NCBI RefSeq assembly: GCF_001194135.2
Contig: NC_069007.1
Coordinates: 2,406,779 to 2,444,112, forward strand
Source of the DNA: Octopus bimaculoides
Lineage: Eukaryota
Reading direction: 5' to 3'
DNA length: 37,334 nucleotides
The notes beneath the pieces were generated by a model. It was not told where the DNA came from. It did not search any database and saw only the letters and a list, made by a program, of their open reading frames with translations. Within the stretch, counting starts at the first letter, position 1; every line of letters starts with the position of its first letter. Shown here piece by piece: positions 11,164-21,962 of this stretch. The position numbers and the translations under genes are program-made.

Positions 11164-12574
11164 GTATACACATACATGTGTGTGTGTTCATGTGTGCGTC
11201 TATATGTGTGTGTCTGTGTCTATGTGTGTGTGCACGCGATGCGTGTGTGTATTCTGTGAAGCTTTCAATGATACAATTACCTACTCAGATGTAATCCGTA
11301 TTTCCCGTTACGGAGGGAAAGCAGAACAAAACCCGAAGCTATAAAACGTAATTTACAACAGACATAGCAACGATACAGAACTGTAAACCTTCAACAGAAC
11401 AACAGTGATTTGTTCCAAGGATTTATCCACAATCTCATATATAAAAGAAATCTATTGTACAAAAATCAATTGAGAATGTTGAGGACGTACTAAAGAGACT
11501 ACAATCTTATTTATTTGGCATCTTCAGTGTATGTTGTATAATAATTGCTCTGGGACTGAAATACCGAAAGGGAAACTACACAGGCAAGCGCCGCAAAGTG
11601 GTTAACAATGAGAATTGGCTTCTCTCCAAACTGGAGACTTTTCGACACAATATTTGGCCTGTGTCGGTTTTAATTTATCATATATTTTCTTTCATCGATT
11701 TTGTTTTAAATGTATATTTGCTATCTAATATTTTGAAGAGCGAACGAAGAGATATATAATGCTGGTTGAAAATAATCTGAAATTCGATAGTTTCCCCCCA
11801 CAAATAACAACAACTACTACTACTGCTACTGCTACTACAACAATAATAATAATAGCATTTCTTTATTGGCCACGAGTCCGCAAAAATAAGTAAGAGCGAT
11901 AGAAAGACAACAGTTGCGATTGACACAGCACCGAGTAAACAGAAATAAATTGCAATAACAATAATAATAATAATTATTATTATTATTATTTTGGTAATTT
12001 TATCACTGTACAACATGAAAATAGGCTATATGATGTATTTTTTATTATATAATTGATTTATTTTTAAATTTGAAATTGTGATACACTTGATATTGTGCAA
12101 ATGATGTACCATTATACAGTATGGTATCTCTCATTTCCAAATAAACAAAGGTTATAGAAAAAGGCGTCGTATTGATGGTGTAGTTACCACATATATAGGT
12201 TTACAATATCAGATCAAATCGCAATAACCCGAACTCAGCACCTTACATACACCTATCCTCACTCTGCAGACATGTATCGTTTACACACCTACTTCTTCCC
12301 CCGGACAAGTGATTAGTCCTTCCAGACACCACAATAAACGTAACGATTTCGTCACTAATATTGTGCCTGAACTGACTCCCATATGCATTCTAGAATTATC
12401 TAATCGCTCAAATTTTCTTTTTAGTGATAGTTTATATCCTACAACCGTTCCAGCATGTATTCAAGGAAAGAATTTCACAGTGATTGGTGACCCTGTGTAG
12501 AGCATACGGCAGAATTTGCCTTTGTATCAAGACATTAGAAGAAATGAATTTTACGCATATCGCCAATCATTCTA

Positions 12575-12933
12575 GGGCAAGTGTCTTCTACTATAGCCAC
12601 GGGCCGACAAAACCTTGTAAGTGGATTTGGTAAACGGAAACTGAAAGACTCCTGTCGTATATATATATATATATATATAGGTGTGTGTGTGTGTGTGTAT
12701 TTACGTGTGTCTGATTTTGTTTGTCCCCCCTCCAACCTCGCTTGTCAACCGATGCAGGTTTGTTTACATCTCCGTAACTTAGCGGTTCGGCCACAGTGGA
12801 CGATTGAATAAGTACTAGGCTGAAAAAGAATAAGTCTTGGTGGTCGATTTCTTCGACTAACACCTTTTAAGGCGGTGCTCCAGCAAAGCCGCAGTCAAGT
12901 GGCTGAAACAAGTAAAATAAGAAAGAAAGAAAG
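12575..12933 (+). mobile_element. Bipartite SINE (family B/C) with CORE-like domain and internal (TA)n(TG)n microsatellite; 5'-truncated
   Basis: GGGCAAGTGTCTTCTACTATAGCC (CORE-like GGGCAAGT), then (TA)n(TG)n at ~12657-12700, then a 3' domain ending GCCGCAGTCAAGTGGCTGAAACAAGTAAAATAAGAAAGAAAG. Confidence 0.8.
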
Positions 12934-13159
12934 AGTAGTACCGTCAACAGCAGAATTTTTGATATGTCCCACGTTATTTTGCTTCAACTACAAGAAGTGT
13001 AGAAATGGTAGAGAATGAAAGCTATTTCAGAATAAATCAAGGAAGAATAAAATCACCGAAATGCAGAACTTAATGTAGGAACCACTAAACATGGAATCCG
13101 CAACAACGCCATTCCTTGCGAAATTACTTATCACAGTTCAATGTGAAGTACTTAATAGG

Positions 13160-13335
13160 ATAGGCGGTGTATGTGTCAGTGTGTGTTTATGTGTGTGTAG
13201 TAGTGTGTCAGTTTGCGTGTGTGTATTTATATATACATATATACGTATATATATATATATGTATATATGTATGTATAGACGTATATATATATATATATAT
13301 AAATATATATATATACATATATATGTGTGCGTCTG

Positions 13336-13398
<63 letters not shown>

Positions 13399-13833
13399 NN
13401 NNNNNNNNNNNNNNNNNNNNNNNNNNNNNNNNNNNNNNNNNNNNNNNNNNNNNNNNNNNNNNNNNNNNNNNNNNNNNNNNNNNNNNNNNNNNNNNNNNNN
13501 NNNNNNNNNNNNNNNNNNNNNNNNNNNNNNNNNNNNNNNNNNNNNNNNNNNNNNNNNNNNNNNNNNNNNNNNNNNNNNNNNNNNNNNNNNNNNNNNNNNN
13601 NNNNNNNNNNNNNNNNNNNNNNNNNNNNNNNNNNNNNNNNNNNNNNNNNNNNNNNNNNNNNNNNNNNNNNNNNNNNNNNNNNNNNNNNNNNNNNNNNNNN
13701 NNNNNNNNNNNNNNNNNNNNNNNNNNNNNNNNNNNNNNNNNNNNNNNNNNNNNNNNNNNNNNNNNNNNNNNNNNNNNNNNNNNNNNNNNNNNNNNNNNNN
13801 NNNNNNNNNNNNNNNNNNNNNNNNNNNNNNNNN

Positions 13834-13865
<32 letters not shown>
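13160..13865. repeat. (TG)n/(TA)n microsatellite field spanning N-gap 13399-13833
   Basis: Direct inspection. Confidence 0.85.
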
Positions 13866-13866
<1 letters not shown>

Positions 13867-14520
13867 AATGGGTTTTCAATAGGTGCCTCAACAAAGGCTG
13901 ACGCACAATCTTCCGTTGTTCATCGAATAATTTACATGTATCATTTAGCCACATCTAAAGTCTTGGATCAGCAGAATGGGCTTACGAAATTCGAGTATTA
14001 AACACTGCCTTGTATAGCGTTATTTCTTTCTTTCATAATGGTAAAATAGGAAAAACTTGAATGGTTAAACTATATCCATCTCTACTGTAAAGAAAAACGC
14101 TTTGTGTATCTATTACACGAAATGTTTTCTATTTGATCCTGTTTAGTATATAAACTCTTTTGCAATACTTGCTTTCATTTACGAGGGATCCTTTGAAAGG
14201 CTTCGTGCTTCTTATTGGTTTTCCACAGAATATTCTGCTTACATTCCGTGAATCTGACAAAGGGGATCACTGAAGTAAGGAAAATATCTAAATGCAGGTA
14301 TTTACAACTAAATACAAATAATCGTTCGCTGAAGAATTGTGTAGCTAACACCATATTGAATATGTTGCAGTCGAAATGTAATTTCACGAAGCAGATGTTT
14401 ATTTTGGGTATTATGTTTGTTGCGTTTTTATTCTAAAGTAAAACAAAATGAAGAGAGTGTTTGCGAAAATATGAACTAGCGTGAAAATATCATTAGAATT
14501 GCATTCATAACATTTTATAC

Positions 14521-14707
14521 TCTTTTCTACTCTAGGCACAAGGCCCGAAATTTTTTTTTGAAAAGAGAGCCAGTCGATTAGATCGAACCCAGTACGCATC
14601 TCGTAATTAATTTATCGACCCCGAAGGATGAAAGGCAAAGTCAGCCTCGGCGTAATTTGAATTCAGATCGTAATGCTATGCATTTCGCCCAGCGTGCTAA
14701 CGTTTCT
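14521..14707 (-). mobile_element. SINE family A (unit 1 of trimer; lacks the first ~11 nt)
   Basis: TTTATCGACCCCGAAGGATGAAAGGCAAAGTCAGCCTCGGCG ... GCTAACGTTTCT. Confidence 0.85.
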
Positions 14708-14929
14708 TATTTCTTTATTGACAACAAGGGGCTAAACATAGAGGGGACAAACAAGGACAGACAAAGGGATTAAGTCGATTACATCTACCCCCTCCCTCAG
14801 TGCGTAACTGGTACTTATTTAATCGACCCCGAAAGAATGAAAGGCAAAGTCGAGCTCGACGGAATTTGAACTCGGAACGTAGCGACAGACGAAATACTAC
14901 TAATCATTTCACCTGGCATGCTGTGTTCT
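14708..14929 (-). mobile_element. SINE family A (unit 2 of trimer)
   Basis: TATTTCTTTATTG ... ATCGACCCCGAAAGAATGAAAGGCAAAGTCGAG ... GTGTTCT. Confidence 0.85.
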
Positions 14930-15157
14930 TATTTCTTTATTGCCCACGAGGGGCCACGCACAGAGGGTGCAAACAAGGACAGACAAACGGATTAAATCGA
15001 TTATATCGACCCCAGTGCGCAACTGGTACTTAATTTATCGACCCCGAAAGGATGAAAGGCAAAGTCGACCTCGGCGGAATTTGAACTCAGAACGTAACGG
15101 TAGACGAAATATTGCTAAGCATTTCGCCTGACGTTCTAACGTCTCTGCCGGTTCGCC
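14930..15157 (-). mobile_element. SINE family A (unit 3 of trimer, full head)
   Basis: TATTTCTTTATTG ... GAAAGGCAAAGTCGACCTCGGCGGAATTTGAACTCAGAACG ... CTCTGCCGGTTCGCC. The sense strand carries A-box-like and B-box-like motifs. Confidence 0.9.
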
Positions 15158-15394
15158 TTCTTGTAACATTTTATATTCTGCTGTGACAAATACATGCTTT
15201 AATATTCCAATGTACTTCCTTACGTTGGGCAGGTTATGAATCCGTTCGATCTGCAAATTTGTTGCCCACTTTAATTACATTTGGGTGTTGAAGGTTTCAA
15301 ACCTTGCATTAATCATAAAACATGCACGGACAGGAACCCAACTACATTTTGTCCAAGAATTGAATGTTGTAATTGAATATCACTATTTCATATA

Positions 15395-15470
15395 CAGGGT
15401 GTCCCAGAACTACCTATCTATGAATTAACTATCTATAATTAATTCATAGTTAATTAATTCTGGCACACCC

Positions 15471-15472
<2 letters not shown>
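15395..15472. mobile_element. 78-bp Tc1/mariner-type MITE
   Basis: 15-bp TIRs CAGGGTGTCCCAGAA / TTCTGGCACACCCTG (14/15). TA on the left, CA(TA)n on the right. Internal palindrome CTATGAATTAA...TTAATTCATAG. Confidence 0.7.
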
Positions 15473-15506
<34 letters not shown>

Positions 15507-15507
<1 letters not shown>

Positions 15508-15772
15508 CATACACAAATAAGAGGAATAACCAACAAAAGTGGACTCCTATATGCTAGAAATAGATGCCGAATCATCTAACTAATTTTTACTGAGAACATA
15601 TTCTTTGTGGTTAGATGATTCGGCATCTATTTCTAGCATATAGGGGTCCACTTTTGTTGGTCATTCCTCTTATTTTTGTATGTAATATAATTTTAATCTT
15701 CGGATTTTTTTAAATATGCTAGACCACTGGTTTTAATTGATTAATATCAATTTCTACCCTTATTATTAAATT
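15507..15772. mobile_element. Asymmetric fold-back element (copy 2, opposite orientation, centre deleted)
   Basis: Arms 15507-15580 and 15610-15683. The unique arm 15684-15772 is close to the reverse complement of 9923-10010. Flanked by (TA)n. Confidence 0.8.
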
Positions 15773-15787
15773 TTATATATATATATA

Positions 15788-16000
15788 TTCTTCTTTTTTT
15801 ATTTGTTTCAGTCATTTGACTGCGGCCATGCTGGAGCACCGCGTTTAGTCGAACAAGTCGACCCCAGGACTTATTCTTTGCAAGCTTATTACTTTACTCA
15901 ATCGGACTCTTTTGCGGAACTGTTAAGTTACGGGGACGTCAAGACACCAACATCGCTTGACAACCGATGTTGGGGGAACAAACACAGACACACAAACACA
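15788..16000 (-). mobile_element. 3' half of SINE family B/C
   Basis: TTTGTTTCAGTCATTTGACTGCGGCCATGCTGGAGCACCGC ... AAACACAGACACACAAACACA. Confidence 0.85.
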
Positions 16001-16005
16001 TGAAG

Positions 16006-16130
16006 GCGGCGTGGTTGGCAGAATCGTTTAGATGCCGGGGGAAAATGCTTTGCATCATTTCGTTCCTTTTAATGTTTTGTGTTCGAATGCTGCCGAGGTC
16101 AACTTTGCCTTTCATCCTTTCGGATAAAAA
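16006..16130 (+). mobile_element. SINE family A, 3'-truncated
   Basis: GGCGGCGTGGTTGGCAGAATCGTTTAG ... GCCGAGGTCAACTTTGCCTTTCATCCTTTCGG. Confidence 0.75.
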
Positions 16131-16526
16131 GAAAAGAATCGGGAGTGAATGGGGGATTATTCCGTTGCAGATTCTAGCTTAACTTTCGACCATACTGCCA
16201 ACATGCCACCGTGAACTATATAGCGTCCAGTGCAACAGTTTAGATAAGATGCACTCTCTTCAACATCTTGAAAAATTTTATACATCAAGGGGGAAGTGCC
16301 AGGCTGGATAACATCAGAGCGTGAGGGACGCTGTTCTTTTGTATTATGAATCAACGAAGAAATCTGAACGTGATTAAACGAAGACATAACTGTTGAAGAC
16401 AACGAAGAGGGATCGATGAGGATCAAAGGATTCCACAGTATCCCCCACAGGAATTGTACAGGGGACAGATTTATTCCACTAAAAGCAACATTACCCGTAA
16501 TACACTAATGTAGACAAACCACTAAC

Positions 16527-16820
16527 GCCGCTACTACTGCTGTTGCTGCTACTACAACTACTACTACTGCTACTACAACTACTACTACTACTAATATTGC
16601 CAGTAGTAGTAGTAGTAGCAGCACAACGATAGAGTTGGTAATTGTAGGAAAAGTATTAGCATATGTAATAGCGGAAGCAGCAGTAGCACCGGTAGTAGTA
16701 GTAGCAGTAGTAGTATTAGTAGTATCATCTGCAGTATCGGCAGTAGTACTCTACTAGTAGTAGTATTAGTAGTGGCGGCAGCTGCTGTAACAGTAACGGC
16801 AGTAGTGTTGGCGATGGCAA
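16527..16820. repeat. Degenerate trinucleotide field (CTA/CTG)n followed by (TAG/CAG)n
   Basis: Direct inspection. Confidence 0.85.
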
Positions 16821-17209
16821 TTATAATTAATTTGTATAATCATCGCTTCCTAATGACATTCCGTTAATCTAGAGTCTTGAAGTGGCATGAGAAACGGAAG
16901 ATTTGGAAATTCCATTTTTGATAAGACCATTCGGTTCTGCTCAATATCATTTGTTCATTCTTAATGTTTCAAGTTTGTAACAGTTCGTAAACTGATTATC
17001 TTGCGATTTATAGCCGCGGGACATGTCGCTTCTCGGCATTTGCGTTCAGATCGTTAAAGTTTGAAATTATAGATGATAGAAGAATCGATAAGATATCTAT
17101 CACGCTATCAGCAAAAGGGGCGACGGTTCGCACTCTGTTACCGAAACTCGTCGATAATTGAATAGCGTAAATCGTTATGGTAGATAGACAGATAGTTCGT
17201 ATCATAGTC

Positions 17210-17214
17210 ATGTA

Positions 17215-17264
<50 letters not shown>

Positions 17265-17268
17265 CACG

Positions 17269-17302
<34 letters not shown>

Positions 17303-17470
17303 ACTACGTGACTATTTATCAATCTATCAAATTATTTCTCTAAATCATTCACTTTCTCGCATTGTGTGTGTGCGTACATATATATATGTGTGTGTGTGAA
17401 TGCATGTATGCATGCATATATATATATTTACACACACATGTACACACACATACACATATGTGTATATGAA
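17210..17470. repeat. Compound (TA)n/(CA)n/(TG)n microsatellite
   Basis: Direct inspection. Confidence 0.85.
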
Positions 17471-17938
17471 TATAGTTTTTAAATTTGTTTTCCGAGATTT
17501 CTTTTATGAATTTCAATGTATAAACAAATGCAATCGAACGTTGGGACGGGCATTTAGAGAACAAAATACACGTATGGTTTGTATTTCACTTCCTTTTCAT
17601 TATTACTGGTGAAATGATTAAATAAACAAACCGTTCTTTCTCTATCATTCGTTTATTCAATCACTCATTTGTTTGGGCAAATTCTTTCCCACTCAGAGCG
17701 TGACTTGATTGGTGGCGTCCCCTTATCGATTCTTTTGAGTGCTACCCTGCGACTCATGTTAGTTTTAGAAACAAATAATTCAATGTTTGCTTTGCAAGTC
17801 ATTCTTCAATAAATTTTGAATTGTGTTCTTTCAGGTGCGAGTTTTTCGTTGCGTGTGTTTGCGTTTTCTGACTGGTGTCTGTTTTAAGAGAGATTTGGCT
17901 GCTATTTGTAGCACCTCAAGTTACCACACACACCGGTA

Positions 17939-17970
<32 letters not shown>

Positions 17971-18241
17971 GTGCGTAGCCATGAGTGGTTGTTTGGAATT
18001 TGTTAATGCGTCTCGAGCAGGCTTTTCTGTTGATCGGATCAAGTGTAACACTCATCAAACGAATCTGAATACCAGTTATACGGAACTAACCACATCTGTA
18101 TTCAAACGTGCTTATCCCAATTTATTCCTATGGCGCAAAAATGATTGTATTCGAAATTACTATCTCCCAGTAGTTTTTCGAACTCCTTACTTCATAATTT
18201 AGAAATGACAAATGCTTTAATATTTAATATTTAAATCTAGG

Positions 18242-18524
18242 AAGGCCGCGTGCTGGCAGAAATGGTAACCCACAGAAATAGATTGTCACCTCATGAGATG
18301 GGAGATAAATGCAAAGTTTCACAGACCTCCAGTCATAATATTCCGGCAACATCGTTAGCGTACAGGGGCCCAGATACTTAGCAGTATATCGTCCAACATT
18401 ACGTTCTGAGTTCAAATTCCGCCCAGGTGGACTTTACCTTTCATCCTTTCGGAGTCGATAAATTAAGTACCAGTTGCGTACAAGGGTCGGTCTAATTTCG
18501 GACCTTGTGCCTAAAGTAGAAAAG
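18242..18524 (+). mobile_element. SINE family A with 16-bp target-site duplication and an ~80-bp insert in its head
   Basis: Flanks AATATTTAAATCTAGG (18226-18241) and AATATTTAAACCTAGG (18525-18540). Body GTTCTGAGTTCAAATTCCGCC ... CCTTTCATCCTTTCGGAGTCGATAAATTAAGTACCAG. Confidence 0.8.
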
Positions 18525-19040
18525 AATATTTAAACCTAGGTCAAGTCTGAGCTGCAGTCGACATAAAGCATCTGGTGGTTTTCATTTGTTATCTGCTTCA
18601 ATTTTATTTATAAGTTTGTTGTACCGGAAACGGGATTAAGCAATGTCGTGTGAACTTCAAATTATTTACAGGCGACTTCCTTTGCTAAACAAACGTAGCG
18701 AGGTGAGACTGAATGTAATATATTTGAGATATAAATATTAAAATCATTTGGCATCTTTAAATATGAATCTAATTATTCTGAAAAATCAAATCTCGTTAAT
18801 ACCTCATTAACAACTACAGATCTTTAGATATTTAATCTAATATTCGGTACATTGATGCAATTCTAGAGATTTTCGATAATAATATCAATCTCGATTAAAA
18901 GACCAATCAAAACGTGATACGTACATATTCAGTCGATCACTGACGGATGAAAAACACATTTTCCCCGCAGATGCTTCTGAGCTGAGTCCATGGATTATCA
19001 TAATTAAGTACTTCAACGTTATTTTATCCAACTTATTAAC

Positions 19041-19355
19041 GGCTTAGTGATTAGGATATTCAGCTCACAGTCGTAAAGTTTTGAGTTCGTTCCCCGGCAG
19101 CGTGTTGTGTCCCTTGGCATCACACTTTATTTCACGTTGCTCCAGTCCACTCACAAAGGAGTTGTACCCGTAATTCAGAGCGTCACACCTGTCAGATTCG
19201 ACGCGTCACACTGAATCTCTTTGAGAACTCAGTTACGGGAGCACATGTTTGCATAATTTTCAGCCACGTGCGCCTTAATTTCGAGAACCCACGAGCTGGC
19301 TGTACTGTTAGTCAAATCGACTGGAACAGTCCTCGTCGCAACCGATACAGTGCCA
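19041..19355 (+). mobile_element. tRNA-derived CORE-like SINE (family E)
   Basis: A-box-like GGCTTAGTGATTAG, B-box-like GAGTTCGTTCCC, and the CACTTTATTTCACGTTGCTCCAGT domain shared with 27049-27348. The tail ...CGTCGCAACCGATACAGTGCCA is shared with 30004-30150. Confidence 0.7.
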
Positions 19356-19509
19356 ATTTAACTCCTACCATTAGATCTCTAATAATGTTGAAAAACCATT
19401 TATCCAAAATAATTAATAAACAGTTTTGCGCTTAACAGTGACTGTATATTTGCAGGTAAACGAATGAGATAAACTGCAGCCGGAACTCAATAATAGTAAT
19501 AATAAATAT

Positions 19510-19696
19510 CCTGAAATTTGGGGGAAGACCTTAGTCTATCATATCGACCCCAGTACTTGACTGGTATTTACTTTATCGAACCCGGAAAGATAAAATGCAA
19601 AAACGGTCTCGATAGAATTTGAACTCAGGAGGTAAAGACGTCTGAAATTCCGCTAAGCATTTTGCCTGACGCGCCAACTACTCTACCAGCTCGTCG
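19510..19696 (-). mobile_element. SINE family A, diverged
   Basis: ATCGACCCCAGTACTTGACTGGTA ... GAATTTGAACTCAGG ... CCAGCTCGTC. Confidence 0.75.
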
Positions 19697-19712
19697 AATA
19701 ACAAATGTAATA

Positions 19713-19902
19713 TATTGTAGCATAGGTACAAGGCCTAAAATTTGGTCGGAGTGGGGGGGGACTTGTCATTTACGTTGATCTCTGCCTTCAATTGGTACTT
19801 ATTTTATCGACTCCGAAACGATGAAAGGGAAAGTCAACATCGGTGGTGAAATACCGTTAAACATTTTGTCTGATATACTAACGATTTTTCCCAGTTCGCT
19901 GT
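19713..19902 (-). mobile_element. SINE family A, diverged and internally deleted
   Basis: GGTACTTATTTTATCGACTCCGAAACGATGAAAGGGAAAGTCAAC ... CTAACGATTTTTCCCAGTTCGC. Confidence 0.7.
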
Positions 19903-19924
19903 CTTTATATTTCCGTCAAAGTTA

Positions 19925-20118
19925 GACCCAAGAGCCAAACTCTTGGGGAAAGGGCCTAGTCAGTTATATCGACCTTGGTGCTGAACTTGTCCTTATTTTA
20001 TTGACCAGAAAAAAGATATTGTCAATTTCGGCGGAATTCGAACTCAGGACGTAAAGTGACGAAATAAATGCCGCTAAACATAGTATCCAGCGTGGTACCG
20101 TTTCTGCCAGCTCGCCTA
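19925..20118 (-). mobile_element. SINE family A, diverged
   Basis: TTCGGCGGAATTCGAACTCAGGACGTAAA ... GTTTCTGCCAGCTCGCC. Confidence 0.75.
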
Positions 20119-20672
20119 CGTTGCTAAATAAGTTCAGCATAACTACGCATTAACTACTTATTCTATTTCGCGAAATGCAAAGGAAAAACATTCTATGGAA
20201 ACTTAAATCATTCACCGAAGCTGATTAAAATGATTTAAACATGTAGCATTGTGCTCTACCTTTATATATGCATCTGTATGTATATATATGTGTGTGCATA
20301 TATGTATGTATTTTTGTTTATGGGTATATTTGAATATGTTGTGTATGTTTTGTTCGAAAGCCCACCCACCTGAATCAAATATTAATATTAGAAGCATTAT
20401 AGTTGAATACACAATCGTTATTTTAGCAGAAACTTGACTGAAGCCAACACTTTGTGTTAATATAATAGTTAATTTAATTTCATAATTTCACTCAAGGGAG
20501 AAAATGGAAGAACATATGCAAAACTATAAATCTGATAAGAGACTTCGGCATTTTCATTGGATGAAAAACTACTGTTGATTGGAAATTTTATCGAACGTGC
20601 AAGATGTAAAGAAGAATAATTAGATATTCTATTATGATTATTAGGATCATTATTATTGTTTTTACTCACTGT

Positions 20673-20673
20673 T

Positions 20674-20751
<78 letters not shown>

Positions 20752-20767
20752 GTTGTTGTTGTTGTTA
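20673..20767. repeat. Compound trinucleotide microsatellite (ATC)n(ATT)n(GTT)n
   Basis: Direct inspection. Confidence 0.95.
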
Positions 20768-21582
20768 CTTATAACAAAACCGTTTTTTTTTTCTCCATTA
20801 CTCATCCTAATATAATTTAGTCATTTGATTTTTATCTTCCCGTTCGTATTTTATAATTTCACAAAGGAAAGCATAACAGCAACAATAAATATGAAATAAT
20901 TTTATATTTTTGTAGCTGTTGTTGTTGCTCTCGTTGTTATTGTTGTCGTATCAAATAAGATAGGACAAGAACAACAGCAACAAGGCCACTAAGAGTTGGA
21001 ATGAAAAATCACTCACCCTACCCGAAATGAAAGAACACGAGAGAAAAAAAAAAGAATTAGAGAAGAGAGAAACGGAATTAAATTAAATTAAAACAATTGA
21101 AATTTAATATTTAAATTTATAATACCCTTTACTGAAATAAAATGTAATCAGATTTCAATATCAATTGAGAATTCTATTTATAATTCTATATTTATATTTA
21201 TTGGATGAAGACAAATTCAGAATGAATGAACAGTTTCTGGGTTCTAACTTACTCGCCCTTTCCACGACTCTGGGTTTTGACCTTCGAGATACATAATGCA
21301 TACGAATGTATTATGTGAGAAAGAGAAATACTGAGAGGGCCTACGTGGATGCTTGGTACAAACATAGACCCTCTTTCTATCTGAATTTGTCCCTCAAGAT
21401 ATATCAAAATTTATTCCAATTATTAGAACGACCAAAATATATATAAAGAAAATGACAGTTCCCCCACCAACACTGTTCGAAATAATTCGTTTTCAGACAC
21501 AGTATGGATTGATTTGCAGCAGTTTTTGCGACCCCTTTCGTGGCAGAACACCTGACTACAGGGAGGCCGATGATGGGCCATC

Positions 21583-21770
21583 AACTTCGGGGAAGGTGTA
21601 AGTCAATCACATCTACCCCAGTATTCAACTGGTGCTCGCTTTTTCGATCCGGAAAGCATGAAAGGTAAAGTCGACCTCGGACGGAATTTGAACACAGAAC
21701 GTAAAAACTGACGAAATACCGCGAAACATTTCGCCCGGCGTGCTGACGATTCTGCCATTTCGACGCCTTG
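21583..21770 (-). mobile_element. SINE family A
   Basis: GAAAGGTAAAGTCGACCTCGGACGGAATTTGAACACAGAACG ... GCTGACGATTCTGCC. Confidence 0.8.
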
Positions 21771-21821
21771 TGTATTCTGTAATATTGGGACAAGGCATAG
21801 ATTGCTGGTGTTGAAAATGAC

Positions 21822-21929
21822 ACGGGAAACTGCTCAGTCAGTCTTGGCTAAGTACGCGAAGTACTCATCACAGACATGCTGCTTCCAGATGATGCAACAA
21901 TGACAACGTTTGCAATTACATCTCCATAA
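21822..21929 (+). pseudogene. RTE-clade LINE reverse-transcriptase relic (FADD-box region)
   Basis: GKL..., then after a frameshift VREVLITDMLLPDDATMTT (21852 onward). This resembles the RTE/BovB-type DGKLFN....K.KVR.VLI.DMLFADDAA motif. Confidence 0.6.
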
Positions 21930-21962
21930 TATATCAAATCGACTGATGTAGTTTAACTATTT

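Noticed and set aside
14521-15157. Regularly spaced repeats suggestive of a CRISPR-like array
   Set aside because: The units are ~200-bp SINE copies without unique spacers, in eukaryotic DNA with no cas genes.
16157-16490. Minus-strand ORF with LSPVQFLWGIL, reminiscent of Tc1-type SPDL.P.DFFLWG
   Set aside because: The similarity is limited to a few residues, so I cannot call either a gene or a transposase without a search.
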